Origin: Candidatus Pollutiaquabacter sp. | GTDB taxonomy: Bacteria > Bacteroidota > Bacteroidia > AKYH767-A > 2013-40CM-41-45 | Assembly (NCBI GenBank): GCA_947465495.1 | Contig: CANIAS010000003.1 | Coordinates: forward strand, 20,503 to 84,502 | Length of the DNA: 64,000 nucleotides | Direction: 5' to 3' | Shown here: in pieces, positions 8,307 to 18,434 of the stretch | Layout: the number at the start of each line of letters is the position of its first letter | Position numbering within the stretch: position 1 is the first letter of the stretch | Position numbers and translations under genes: made by a program | Notes under the pieces: model-generated | Told to the model about the DNA's origin: nothing | Databases searched by the model: none | The model's input: only the letters and a program-made list of their open reading frames with translations

Positions 8307-10139
8307 TTAACGGTTGGAAATCATGATGTTCTTGGTAGAAACACCTGCTGCAGATTGTACGCGTACGGTGTACATGCCCTCAGCTTGGTTGCTAATATCC
8401 ACTTTTGCATTCGTCATGGAATCAAAGCGGTTGGAGTAAACAACTTGACCTAATGTGTTGGTGATGGTCACCAGTGCATTCTTTGCATCGCTGTTGATGC
8501 TCAGTTGTCCTTTAGAAGGATTTGGGTAGATGGTCAATGATGATGCGTTATTGACCGTTGATATTCCGGTAGAAATATCAGCCGTGGTAACACGCAAGAT
8601 GAATGCGATTTCAAAGCTGGCAGTTTCAACAGCCGTCCATGCACCTGCACCAACTTGGTAGAAGGCAGTTCCAGGGGTGAAGATATCAGAAGCGGTACCC
8701 AAGGTGATGTTGTTCTGTGATTTCTGATTCACGGCAACGTAGTATTGACCGCCATTAGCTACAAAAGGTGTGCTGAATGGAAGCGATAAGAATGCTCCGC
8801 CCGTATCGGCATCGGTGATGATGTAATTGCCGGTAGAAGCAATAAGCGCATTTGGCAAACCGCCTACCATGTCATAAATGTCAACAGACATTGAATCGTC
8901 CATCGTAGCGCCAGCAAGATAGAAGGTGGCTGAATTAAATTGAATAGGCTGATAAACTTCGAACGTTTGTCCCAAGTGACCGGTATTCGCATTGAAGCCC
9001 AAACCGCCTGTATAGTAGCTAGCGTCGAGAAACGTAAAGTCACGCGCGTAATCAGCGGTGTCTACGTACATGTAGCTAAAGGAGGTGTCGTTGCTGGTGT
9101 TAGCATCAGCATTGGTCATTGAACATACGTACATGAAGTAGTAAACGCCAGTATCAGAAGGTGTAAAAGGAAGAGAGGTTGTCAACAAAGCAGAGGTGTC
9201 GCCAGGATTCAACGTTGCAGCTGAATTTGTAACACTGTTGTAGATGTTATTGAATGATCCATCGTAAATGTCAATTGTGACAACTGCGTTGGTAGCTGGA
9301 GAGCTACCATTGTTGAATACTTTAGCTCCTAATGTCAAAGGTTGTACTTGTGTCAAAGGAACGCATGAATAAGGGCTTGGGTGAGCAACTTCAGCAATGC
9401 CGATATCGTCAGCAGGAACATCTTCGATAGAAACATCATCAATCATCCAAGAATAACCGCAACCTGAACCAGCGCCAAAGCTAGCTGGGCTATAGAATTC
9501 GAAACGAATTTTAACATTCGCAGAACCAGCAGCAAGGCTGGAGATGTCAACATAAGCGATATCGGGGTTAATTGATCCGTCGCCATCGTTGGAATTGAAA
9601 TTATTGTCTTGCGTGATAGCGTTCAAGGCAATTTGATTCCATGTGCTACCGCCGTTGTTAGAAACGTAGAGGTAAGTAGAATCAATGTAACGACGATAGT
9701 ACTGAGAGAATTTCAGGCGGGCTGATGTTGCAGCACTCAGGTCAATCGTACCTGCAGTGGTCAATAACGCCTGCTGATCGCCAGAGCATAACAGGTCGGA
9801 ATCAAACAAGGCAAAACCATTCGCAGCAGTAGCAGATGCGATAGGGTCAATAAGAAATGCGCCAGATGGGCCGTTGGTGCCAATTACCCAGTTGTCCACT
9901 GATGGTGCAACTGCAGATAATGTCCAAGTGGATGGATTGCTGAAGTCATCCGACCAGTATACCGTAGAGTTGCTGCGGCTGGAGGCGTTGTTTTTCTTCA
10001 ATGAATTGAAAGTTGCATTCTTTGCAGCTGGTTTTTGCTGCGAATGTTGCTTGCCAGAGACAAGCTTCTTGGACAGTTGAGCACTTGCCGCTGTTCCCAG
10101 GGCGACTACAACTGCAAGTAAAAGGTAGAACTTTTTCAT
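8307..10139 (-). CDS. T9SS type A sorting domain protein (adhesin-like beta-sandwich domains)
   Basis: Signal peptide, MAM/cleaved-adhesin-like domain (FALFDSD...YVSNNGGSTW...WMIDDV), Ig/CARDB-like domain, CTD (IYPNPSKG...GMYTVRV...KNIMI). Confidence 0.85.
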   Translation of the reverse strand: MKKFYLLLAVVVALGTAASAQLSKKLVSGKQHSQQKPAAKNATFNSLKKNNASSRSNSTVYWSDDFSNPSTWTLSAVAPSVDNWVIGTNGPSGAFLIDPIASATAANGFALFDSDLLCSGDQQALLTTAGTIDLSAATSARLKFSQYYRRYIDSTYLYVSNNGGSTWNQIALNAITQDNNFNSNDGDGSINPDIAYVDISSLAAGSANVKIRFEFYSPASFGAGSGCGYSWMIDDVSIEDVPADDIGIAEVAHPSPYSCVPLTQVQPLTLGAKVFNNGSSPATNAVVTIDIYDGSFNNIYNSVTNSAATLNPGDTSALLTTSLPFTPSDTGVYYFMYVCSMTNADANTSNDTSFSYMYVDTADYARDFTFLDASYYTGGLGFNANTGHLGQTFEVYQPIQFNSATFYLAGATMDDSMSVDIYDMVGGLPNALIASTGNYIITDADTGGAFLSLPFSTPFVANGGQYYVAVNQKSQNNITLGTASDIFTPGTAFYQVGAGAWTAVETASFEIAFILRVTTADISTGISTVNNASSLTIYPNPSKGQLSINSDAKNALVTITNTLGQVVYSNRFDSMTNAKVDISNQAEGMYTVRVQSAAGVSTKNIMISNR

Positions 10140-10291
10140 GGTGTTGTTTTGGATTTGTTTATTACCAGTGCAAATTTAAAGTTCTTTTCTATTCCTACAA
10201 CCGATGGGCTGCCTTTCACGAGTCACGGAAGCGTCTTTTTTCAACCATATCCCGTTCGTTTTGGGATTGTTCGTGAAGGGGGCACTAAAGC

Positions 10292-10319
10292 AAAAAAACC
10301 GGGCAGGTGCCCGGTTTTT
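10292..10319 (-). terminator. Intrinsic terminator
   Basis: A7-CCGGGCA-GG-TGCCCGG-T5 just after the stop of the 10342-12102 gene. Confidence 0.8.
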
Positions 10320-10341
10320 GAATAGGTAGGTAGTAGAACGA

Positions 10342-12102
10342 TTATTCCACGACAATCTTGCGGGAAGTCGTGTATTGGTCGTTGGCTACACGGATGACAT
10401 AAACCCCAGCGGCAAGGCCTGAGATATCAATTCGCTCCGAGGAAAGGTTGGCAAATGACTTTTGAGCAACTTCCTGACCCATCAGGTTGGAAATCGTCAC
10501 CAAGTAGTTGGATCCTTTGCCACCTTGAATCGTAAGCTGGTCGTGTGCTGGATTTGGAAACACACTCAATGACTGCTCTTCAATAGCTGATACGCCTGTC
10601 GTGTTAGTGTACACAGACAGATTGATATCATCCAAGCGCAAAGAGCCGATCTTGTTTCCGCTCAGAACGTGGAAGCCAATGTAAAATGTACCATTGCTTG
10701 GGCAGGTAAATTGGTTGTTACCTGCAAGGTAGCTGATGCTGCTTGCCAGAAGTGGCAATTGAATAGGAGCTACCAGTGCGGAAGAAGAAGGTGCCGAACA
10801 AAGGACTACTTCAAGGTATGCATCCGTAGCGGAATTGAATACACGATAGAAATAATCCAAGTTATAGGTGGTGCTATCGTTGAGGTCTACGCAAGGCATA
10901 AACAACCACTCATTGGCAAACTGTGTGGCAGAAGCTGAAGTGTAGCTAGCGCAGTTCAAACCGGTACGTGGCAATACGTCGGAAATGCTCCAGGTGTTAT
11001 TATCGGCATTCACATCTTCAATGACCCAGCCGGTGCGGTCTTCGCTATCTTCAAAACCAGCAGAGAAGTCATTGTTCGCATCAATCATTCGTGTTCCATT
11101 GTAAACGAAAGATGAGATGGTATCATTTGATGGATCTACATCGCCAAAAGTTGTAACATAAATCATCAACGTATGTGAACCAGGGTTGGAAAAATTCGCT
11201 GGAATACTGAATGCATAGATGGTGGAACCACCAGCTACTACGGTAGTAGTGGAATTTTCAGTGACAGGGGATCCGCCGTCAACGACGTAGCTGATGTCAA
11301 ATCCGTTCATGTCGGAATTTCCGATGTTGTCGATGTTAACAGTTACAGTTTCAGCGTTGGAAAGTCCTGAGCAATTGCTCGCTGGAGATACAATGCCAGA
11401 AAGTGAAGCATCAAAAGCTATTACGGGCTCGTACATGGTCACATCATCAATCATCCACCAATAATCATAATCGCCGGTGAAATTGAACTTGACCCAAACA
11501 GTAGCTTGATTAGCTGCCAAAGAAGTAATGTCAAGATCGATTGCATCCGCGTTAGAGGTATAGGCGTTGGTGTTCAGGCCAGCACTAGCATCTAAGACTT
11601 CCGTCCATGAGGTGCCATCGTTGGAGACAAACACTTTTGCAGTTTCATAAAAATGATACAAAAATTGGTTGAAGGTTAAATGAACGATGCTGTGTCCTGA
11701 GCAATCAATCACATTTGTGATCATGTCTGCGTCTTCGCCACCAACACTCTGACTGGCTGAATCGCTGTCATAAACCATATAGCCATTGGCGGCAGTGGTT
11801 CCTGTGGTGTTCAACCGACCAATCGTACCGTACGATGCCGCGTTATAAATGCCGCTGGTGGTGAGTTTCCAGTTAATGCCGTTGCCAGCGTTATCTACCA
11901 ATTGCCAGCCGGCAGGAACCCCACCGCTGAAGTCTTCCGAGAAGAACGTGTTGACAGTATTGGTACGGTGAGGTTGTGCAACACGGTGGAATGGAGTTCC
12001 AGGAGTGTCATGAACAAAGGAAGTACGTTGCGCATTTTTTCCGGCAAAGGCAGAGAATGCGAACACGGTGAGCACAGAAAGTAGCGTAATGCGTTTCATC
12101 AT
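10342..12102 (-). CDS. T9SS type A sorting domain protein with a choice-of-anchor J/cleaved-adhesin-like domain
   Basis: Signal peptide, N-domain paralogous to the neighbor (YMVYDSD...FVSNDGTSW...WWMIDDV), GWVIEDVNADNNTW...EWLFMP domain, CTD (VFPNPAHD...GVYVIRV...KIVVE). Confidence 0.85.
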   Translation of the reverse strand: MMKRITLLSVLTVFAFSAFAGKNAQRTSFVHDTPGTPFHRVAQPHRTNTVNTFFSEDFSGGVPAGWQLVDNAGNGINWKLTTSGIYNAASYGTIGRLNTTGTTAANGYMVYDSDSASQSVGGEDADMITNVIDCSGHSIVHLTFNQFLYHFYETAKVFVSNDGTSWTEVLDASAGLNTNAYTSNADAIDLDITSLAANQATVWVKFNFTGDYDYWWMIDDVTMYEPVIAFDASLSGIVSPASNCSGLSNAETVTVNIDNIGNSDMNGFDISYVVDGGSPVTENSTTTVVAGGSTIYAFSIPANFSNPGSHTLMIYVTTFGDVDPSNDTISSFVYNGTRMIDANNDFSAGFEDSEDRTGWVIEDVNADNNTWSISDVLPRTGLNCASYTSASATQFANEWLFMPCVDLNDSTTYNLDYFYRVFNSATDAYLEVVLCSAPSSSALVAPIQLPLLASSISYLAGNNQFTCPSNGTFYIGFHVLSGNKIGSLRLDDINLSVYTNTTGVSAIEEQSLSVFPNPAHDQLTIQGGKGSNYLVTISNLMGQEVAQKSFANLSSERIDISGLAAGVYVIRVANDQYTTSRKIVVE

Positions 12103-12174
12103 AAGGGTATGGTTAGGTATTTTAATGTACGTTGGGCTTCAAAAATAAGATTTATTAGCGGTCTGACAAACAAT

Positions 12175-12201
12175 AAAAAAGCCCGACTAAACGGGCTTTT
12201 T
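12175..12201 (-). terminator. Intrinsic terminator of gcvP
   Basis: A6-GCCCG-ACTAAA-CGGGC-T5. Confidence 0.75.
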
Positions 12202-12204
12202 AAG

Positions 12205-15069
12205 CTAAATTGCGACTTCTTCATATTGTTCCATCGGCGGGCAAGCACAAACAAGGTTCCTGTCGCCATAGGCATTGTCTACACGCCCGACCGCTGGCCA
12301 AAATTTATGGGCAGCTACATAGGGTAGTGGGAAGGCTGCTTTTTTCCGAGAATAGGAATGACTCCATTCGTCATTCGTAATGACAGCCATCGTATGTGGT
12401 GCGTTTTTTAATACGTTATCCTTACGATCTGCTTGTCCGTTTTCGATTTCATCAATCTCTCGGCGAATGGAAATCATGGCATCACAGAAACGATCGAGCT
12501 CCGCTTTTGGTTCACTTTCAGTCGGCTCAATCATGATTGTGCCTGGAACAGGGAACGACATGGTTGGTGCGTGGAATCCATAATCCATCAAACGTTTAGC
12601 AATATCTTCCACTTCAATACTTGCAGTAGTCTTGAACGGACGACAATCTAAAATCATTTCATGCGCAACCCGGCCGTGGGTTCCTACATAAAGAACTGGA
12701 TAGTGTTTTTCTAAGCGCGCTTTAATGTAGTTAGCATTGAGGATCGCATATTTTGTAGAGTCGGTTACGCCGGCGGCTCCCAACATCTTTATGTATGCAT
12801 ATGAAATTAACAGGATGCTTGCGCTGCCCCAAGGTGCTGCAGATACGGCATGAGTACTGCCTCCCATTTTCACTATAGGGTGAGATGGAAGAAACGGTGC
12901 CAAATGTGCGGCCACACCGATAGGACCCATGCCAGGGCCACCACCACCGTGAGGAATTGCAAATGTTTTATGCAGGTTCAAGTGACAAACGTCTGCTCCA
13001 ATGGTGTAGGGATTAGTCAGTCCTACCTGTGCATTCATGTTAGCGCCGTCCATGTATACTTGTCCGCCGCACTCGTGAACGATTTGTGTGATTTCCTTAA
13101 TGCCCTCTTCAAACACACCGTGGGTAGAAGGATAGGTTACCATCAGACAGGATAGTTGTTCTTTGTGCAATTCTGCTTTAGTGCGCAGATCATTGATATC
13201 AATATTCCCCATGTCGTCGCATTTTACCACAACGACCTTCATGCCCGCCATAACGGCACTCGCCGGATTGGTCCCGTGTGCTGAGGATGGAATTAATGCA
13301 ACATCACGATGATGGTCGCCACGACTAATATGATACGCACGAATGACCATAAGTCCCGCGTATTCTCCTTGTGCTCCTGAATTGGGTTGCAAAGAAACGG
13401 CGTGGAATCCGGTAATCGTGCAAAGATATTCCTCCAGTTCACGAATGATTTGCGCATATCCTTCTGTTTGATCGGAAGGGGCGAAAGGGTGAATTCCTCC
13501 CCAAGCCTTCCACGTTACTGGAATCATCTCGGAAGACGCGTTCAATTTCATGGTGCAGGAACCTAATGCAATCATCGAATGGTTCAATGAAAGATCTTTC
13601 TTTTCCAAGGATGCGATATACCGCAGCATTTGTGTTTCAGAATGATTGTTGTGAAACACCGGGTGAGTCATGAATTCGGAAGTGCGATGGAGTTGATCTT
13701 TAAGTACCTCCGAAAGACTAGCATTCATTGTAGGAGATGGCTTTCCTTTTGCGGCTGCAAATACACCAACAATATCTTTCAAGTCGTGATTAGTCACGGT
13801 CTCGTTAAGACTGATACAAACGCAATTGTCTGTGGTATAGCGGAAATTTATTCCTGATTCCAATGCGTGTTTACGAATGCTTTCTAATTCATTTCCGCAC
13901 TCGACTTGCAGGGTGTCAAAATAGGTGCTGTTCTTTTGGACATAGCCCAGCTGTTCCAATTGCGCAGCTAATTCTTTGGTCTTGTTGTGTACATCGCCTG
14001 CAATTTTTCGCAGTCCTGTCGGGCCGTGATACACCGCATACATACCGGCCATGACTGCTAACAGTACCTGAGCGGTACAGATGTTTGACGTTGCTTTGTC
14101 GCGACGGATATGCTGCTCACGGGTTTGAAGTGCCATGCGCAAGGCTCTGTTTCCTTGTGCATCAATGGAGACCCCAATGATACGTCCTGGCATCTCACGT
14201 TTATACGATTCTTTGGCAGCGAAAAACGCAGCGTGCGGTCCCCCGAACCCAAGGGGAACACCAAAGCGCTGACTATTTCCGAAAACGATGTCTGCTCCCC
14301 ATTCGCCGGGTGGTTTTAGTAATGTCAATGCCAACAAATCAGCTCCGACACCAATCTGTAAACCATGTTTTTTCGCATTCTCTACCCAACTGTCCAAACG
14401 ATCGATATTTCCATGGATGCCGGGATATTGCAGGATGGCGCCGAAGAAGGTGTTGTCTACCGAAATGGTTCGATGATCCCCAATGATCAGTTCGATGCCC
14501 AGCGGGGCAGCGCGTGTAATCAAGACATCGATGGTCTGTGCGAGGCAATCTGACGACACAAACAGTTTGTTTGCTTGACGTTGGACGGCGTCCTTTTCTC
14601 GGGAGGCAAAAAATACGTGCATGGCTTCCGCCGCCGCAGTAGCTTCGTCCAGCAAGGAGGCATTGGCGATTTCCATACCGGTCAACTCAATGACCATGGT
14701 CTGGTAATTCAACAAGGCTTCCAAACGACCTTGTGCGATTTCTGCCTGGTAGGGAGTGTAGGCAGTATACCAGCCCGGATTTTCAAAAATGTTTCTCAAT
14801 ATAACTCCAGGAGTTATCGTATCGTGGTAGCCGGCTCCGATATAAGAACGGTAAACCTTATTTTTAGAAGCCGTTTGCTCCAGTTCGGATAGATATTCGT
14901 GTTCTGATAAGCCAGAGGGAAGGTCAAGTGTTTTGGGTAGACGGATGGAGGACGGTACAGTCTCGTTGATAAGTTGATCAACTGAAGAGATTCCGATTTC
15001 ACGCAGCATGTCAGCGGTTTGCTCGGCATCAGGACCGATATGTCGGTTGGAAAAAGGGACTGAAGACAT
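12205..15069 (-). CDS. gcvP: Glycine dehydrogenase (decarboxylating), glycine cleavage P protein
   Basis: [47 protein letters not shown]; 954-aa single chain. Confidence 0.98.
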   Translation of the reverse strand: MSSVPFSNRHIGPDAEQTADMLREIGISSVDQLINETVPSSIRLPKTLDLPSGLSEHEYLSELEQTASKNKVYRSYIGAGYHDTITPGVILRNIFENPGWYTAYTPYQAEIAQGRLEALLNYQTMVIELTGMEIANASLLDEATAAAEAMHVFFASREKDAVQRQANKLFVSSDCLAQTIDVLITRAAPLGIELIIGDHRTISVDNTFFGAILQYPGIHGNIDRLDSWVENAKKHGLQIGVGADLLALTLLKPPGEWGADIVFGNSQRFGVPLGFGGPHAAFFAAKESYKREMPGRIIGVSIDAQGNRALRMALQTREQHIRRDKATSNICTAQVLLAVMAGMYAVYHGPTGLRKIAGDVHNKTKELAAQLEQLGYVQKNSTYFDTLQVECGNELESIRKHALESGINFRYTTDNCVCISLNETVTNHDLKDIVGVFAAAKGKPSPTMNASLSEVLKDQLHRTSEFMTHPVFHNNHSETQMLRYIASLEKKDLSLNHSMIALGSCTMKLNASSEMIPVTWKAWGGIHPFAPSDQTEGYAQIIRELEEYLCTITGFHAVSLQPNSGAQGEYAGLMVIRAYHISRGDHHRDVALIPSSAHGTNPASAVMAGMKVVVVKCDDMGNIDINDLRTKAELHKEQLSCLMVTYPSTHGVFEEGIKEITQIVHECGGQVYMDGANMNAQVGLTNPYTIGADVCHLNLHKTFAIPHGGGGPGMGPIGVAAHLAPFLPSHPIVKMGGSTHAVSAAPWGSASILLISYAYIKMLGAAGVTDSTKYAILNANYIKARLEKHYPVLYVGTHGRVAHEMILDCRPFKTTASIEVEDIAKRLMDYGFHAPTMSFPVPGTIMIEPTESEPKAELDRFCDAMISIRREIDEIENGQADRKDNVLKNAPHTMAVITNDEWSHSYSRKKAAFPLPYVAAHKFWPAVGRVDNAYGDRNLVCACPPMEQYEEVAI

Positions 15070-15171
15070 AATGGAAGTATGATTTTAGGAGGCCTAAAGA
15101 TACTAATTAAGCCCCTTCACAAAAGCCGAATTTATCAACCATCGTAGCGATTTTCTCGTAGCTTTGATTGT

Positions 15172-15777
15172 ATGAAAACAGCACTTAAAATGGTCTTATG
15201 GGCGGCGCTCACCGCCTTACTTCATCAAGTTGCTTCCGCCCAGGATACGATTGTGTTGATAAGCGGAAAAATTATCATTTCGAAGTCCGTCGAGATCAAG
15301 GACTATTCTGTCAACTACCACGATACTAAAAAAGGTAAATTTCATTCCATGGAGAAGTACCGTATTTTCAGCGTTCTTGGTGCAGATGGCAAGGAGCAGG
15401 TGTTATACACCAAGGACCCCTATGATTCATTGGATTTCACGCCCGAGCAAATGCGTCTATTTATCAAGGGAGAGCAAGATGCTGATCGTTTTTTTCATGG
15501 TACTGCAAATAAAGCGGTCTCTTTTGCAATCGGTGTTCCGTCTAGTTTATTAGCGATTTATGGATTGTTGGTTCCGCCACTTTATTCGACAGTAATTGGT
15601 AGTTTCTCTCCCAATATGCAGAAGGCAACTGTTTCTGATCCGGCGTTGCGCAATGTGCCCGAGTATTCCGAAGGCTATCAGCGAAAAGTACGCGAAAAGA
15701 AAATACGTAATTCATTGCTATACGGTTTAGCGGGTTTCGCTGCAGGGTTTGTTGTATTCAACATGGTGGTCAATTGA
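15172..15777 (+). CDS. Hypothetical exported/membrane protein
   Basis: Signal peptide ending AQD, DTIVLISG start of the mature region, two C-terminal hydrophobic segments. Confidence 0.7.
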   Translation: MKTALKMVLWAALTALLHQVASAQDTIVLISGKIIISKSVEIKDYSVNYHDTKKGKFHSMEKYRIFSVLGADGKEQVLYTKDPYDSLDFTPEQMRLFIKGEQDADRFFHGTANKAVSFAIGVPSSLLAIYGLLVPPLYSTVIGSFSPNMQKATVSDPALRNVPEYSEGYQRKVREKKIRNSLLYGLAGFAAGFVVFNMVVN

Positions 15778-15791
15778 TAGGGCTTCTTCCC

Positions 15792-16643
15792 ATGATTTTG
15801 ATCAGACGCTTGTTGCTCTATAGTCACCTATTTCTGGCTGCTTGCGCAGCTGCCTTGTGGTGCGTGACCTTGAAAATGAGCGATGGAGTCGTTACGTACG
15901 GTCCTGATTTCTACCTGCTGGTCTCATCAACGTTGTTCTATTACAACTTTCACAAGTTTGCCTATAAGTTCAAATCGTTTCGGATTTCTGAGATGATTTC
16001 CATGATGATGGACAAATCAGTATGGCTGTTTGAACGCGTACTTTTTTTTATGAGTGGAGCGGTCTTTCTGGTTTCTTTTTTATGGGCAGAGACGGATGTT
16101 AAATTGTGCTGGATGGCGCTTGCTGGATGTTCGCTACTCTATTCCTTGCCGATGCGTTGGGGTAAAGGAAAATCTCGACGTCTCCGTGAAATACCGGCAT
16201 TGAAACTCGTGGATGTCGCTTTGGTATGGGCTATTTCAACGGTTGTCATTCCGTTGGTTTCATCAAACTTGTTCGTCGTGGACATCAGCTTCTGGTCCAT
16301 ATTTATTTCTCGCTTTGTCCTGGTGTTTTGTCTTTGTATACCTTTTGAAATCCGGGATGAACAGCGAGAACGTGCGCATGGTTTTACATCCTTCATGGAG
16401 TATGGTCGCAAGAACATTTTTGTGGCAGGCACCTTCATGCTCTTGGTAGCGACTTTGCTGGTGCTTCTCGCCTATCAACAAAATATGATTGATCAAGTGG
16501 AATTGATATCCTACGTCTTCACGCATACGCTTGCCTTCGCATGGATAGTTATGGCCAAACCTACTTGGCCTGACTGGTACTTTAAATTTTGGGTGGATGG
16601 CACCATGCTAGCACAGTTTATTTTTCTTACTATATTCGTTTGA
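15792..16643 (+). CDS. UbiA prenyltransferase-like integral membrane protein
   Basis: Multi-pass; LYSLP...RLREIPALK...W and CIPFEIRD..E...G motifs resemble Bacteroidota UbiA-like proteins. ATG at 15792 preferred over TTG at 15774. Confidence 0.6.
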   Translation: MILIRRLLLYSHLFLAACAAALWCVTLKMSDGVVTYGPDFYLLVSSTLFYYNFHKFAYKFKSFRISEMISMMMDKSVWLFERVLFFMSGAVFLVSFLWAETDVKLCWMALAGCSLLYSLPMRWGKGKSRRLREIPALKLVDVALVWAISTVVIPLVSSNLFVVDISFWSIFISRFVLVFCLCIPFEIRDEQRERAHGFTSFMEYGRKNIFVAGTFMLLVATLLVLLAYQQNMIDQVELISYVFTHTLAFAWIVMAKPTWPDWYFKFWVDGTMLAQFIFLTIFV

Positions 16644-16645
16644 AT

Positions 16646-17071
16646 ATGCTTCGCACATATCCCATTGAGGCTTTTGAAAGTCTAGCCAAGGCTATCCGCA
16701 ATGATGATGAATCAGAGCAGAAATTGCTCGTTCTTCATGGATTTCCGGAACTGTCTCATTTTTGGGATGCCTTGGAAGGAGTAGAGCCGTCTTTTCGATG
16801 GTTATTGGAAAATGATTTCCGACATCTTGCAGCTATCGTGGATGGTTTGACCGGAAAAGATACCGCGAAAGTATGGTTGCTGAAATCCGGTTACCCGGTG
16901 CTTGCGGCATTCATCGATGCTGCCCAAGGAAATGCTTCCGCGGTTAAGATGTTACTCAAAGGAAATCACAAAGGATGGATTGTGGTAGCTCGCGCCATTC
17001 ACGATAAGCAAAAAAAGAAGGACAAAAACATGTTCTGGGGGTTATTAAATTTTGGTAATCCCTTCCGATGA
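16646..17071 (+). CDS. Hypothetical protein with ~25-aa helical repeats
   Basis: ATG 2 nt after the upstream stop; repeats of WL...g+..LaA+.Da..G; 3' end overlaps the hemL 3' end. Confidence 0.7.
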   Translation: MLRTYPIEAFESLAKAIRNDDESEQKLLVLHGFPELSHFWDALEGVEPSFRWLLENDFRHLAAIVDGLTGKDTAKVWLLKSGYPVLAAFIDAAQGNASAVKMLLKGNHKGWIVVARAIHDKQKKKDKNMFWGLLNFGNPFR

Positions 17072-18364
17072 GGCGCTATACACCACGTCCAAAGATTCGC
17101 AAATCAACTGCACAGCTCTTTCCAATATGTTTGTTGAATGCGCCGCTGATATAAAACCAACTTCGTACCCCGACGGTCCAAGATAGACTCCTTTCTCCAA
17201 CAGTGATTTATGCATCACACGGAATTTATTCATGCTATTCGGATCGATTTCGTCGGAGCGCCGCACCGCATCTAACGATGTAAAGGCGAACCAAAAAATG
17301 GAGCCAATGCTGAATACTTTTAAATCGTAACCTTTCGAAGTAGAATACTGATTGAGTTGGTTAACAAAGGCAATGGTCCGCGCCTCCTGATCAGCGTAAA
17401 ACCCTGGTTGAAGGCATTCCGATAGCTGTGCGAAACCGGCTGCCATGGCAACTGGGTTTCCTGATAACGTACCGGCCTGATACACATCACCTTCGGGAGA
17501 GATGTGGGACATGATTTCTTTGCTCGCGCCGTAGGCACCGACAGGCATGCCGCCCCCGATGATTTTTCCATACGTGATGATGTCGGGTTGAATATTATAA
17601 TAACCGGCAGCTCCTTCAAAGCCTACACGGAATCCAGAAATAACTTCATCGAATATGAGCAGAATGTCATGTTTCCTAGTAATGTCTCGAAGAAATTTCA
17701 AGTAGGACTCTTCCTGGAGTAGTAGTCCGTTGTTCGCCGGAATAGGTTCAATAATAACGGCAGCTATGTCGTGGGAAAAATCAGAGATGGCTATTTCCAG
17801 CGCACGACGGTCATTGAGTGGGACGACAATGGTATCCTTCGCTACCGATTCAGGAATGCCTGCCGATGAGGAAATGCCAAAAGTGCTCAATCCACTTCCG
17901 GCTTTAACCAGTAGTGAATCAACATGCCCATGATAGCACCCTTCGAATTTAATGATCAATGGTCGACCGGTAACACCGCGGGCTAGTCGAATTGCTGACA
18001 TGACAGCTTCTGTTCCAGAGCTAACAAAGCGAATCTTTTCAATGTACCGATGATTTGTCAAAATTAATTCGGCTAGTTCGTTCTCCTTACGTGTTGGTGC
18101 ACCAAAGGAGGTGCCGGAGGCAACTGCTTCTACTATCTTTTCTCGAACAGCTGCAGCATTATGCCCGAGAATCAAAGGGCCCCATGAACAGCAGAAGTCG
18201 ATGAAGGAATTGCCATCAGCATCTGTGATGGTACATCCCTCGCCTTTTTCTATGAATAGTGGGGTGCCGCCAACCGAACGGAATGCACGTACAGGTGAGT
18301 TCACGCCACCCGGAAAAAATTGGTTCGCTTTCCGGAAGAGTTCCTCGGATCGTTCTATTTTCAT
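17045..18364 (-). CDS. hemL: Glutamate-1-semialdehyde 2,1-aminomutase
   Basis: PGGVNSPVRAF, SSGTEA, GCYHGH, FDEV, GKIIGGGMPVGA, YQAGTLSGNP. Confidence 0.97.
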   Translation of the reverse strand: MKIERSEELFRKANQFFPGGVNSPVRAFRSVGGTPLFIEKGEGCTITDADGNSFIDFCCSWGPLILGHNAAAVREKIVEAVASGTSFGAPTRKENELAELILTNHRYIEKIRFVSSGTEAVMSAIRLARGVTGRPLIIKFEGCYHGHVDSLLVKAGSGLSTFGISSSAGIPESVAKDTIVVPLNDRRALEIAISDFSHDIAAVIIEPIPANNGLLLQEESYLKFLRDITRKHDILLIFDEVISGFRVGFEGAAGYYNIQPDIITYGKIIGGGMPVGAYGASKEIMSHISPEGDVYQAGTLSGNPVAMAAGFAQLSECLQPGFYADQEARTIAFVNQLNQYSTSKGYDLKVFSIGSIFWFAFTSLDAVRRSDEIDPNSMNKFRVMHKSLLEKGVYLGPSGYEVGFISAAHSTNILERAVQLICESLDVVYSASSEGITKI

Positions 18365-18434
18365 TTTGAAGAATCAGTTAAATGAAGTAATCTCGCTGTC
18401 GCAAAGGTCGGAAGTTTTCCTGAAGTAGAATATC

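Noticed and set aside
15070-15171. Possible glycine riboswitch upstream of gcvP
   Set aside because: The gap is only ~100 bp, holds divergent promoter elements, and shows no GGAGA/CAGG aptamer core.
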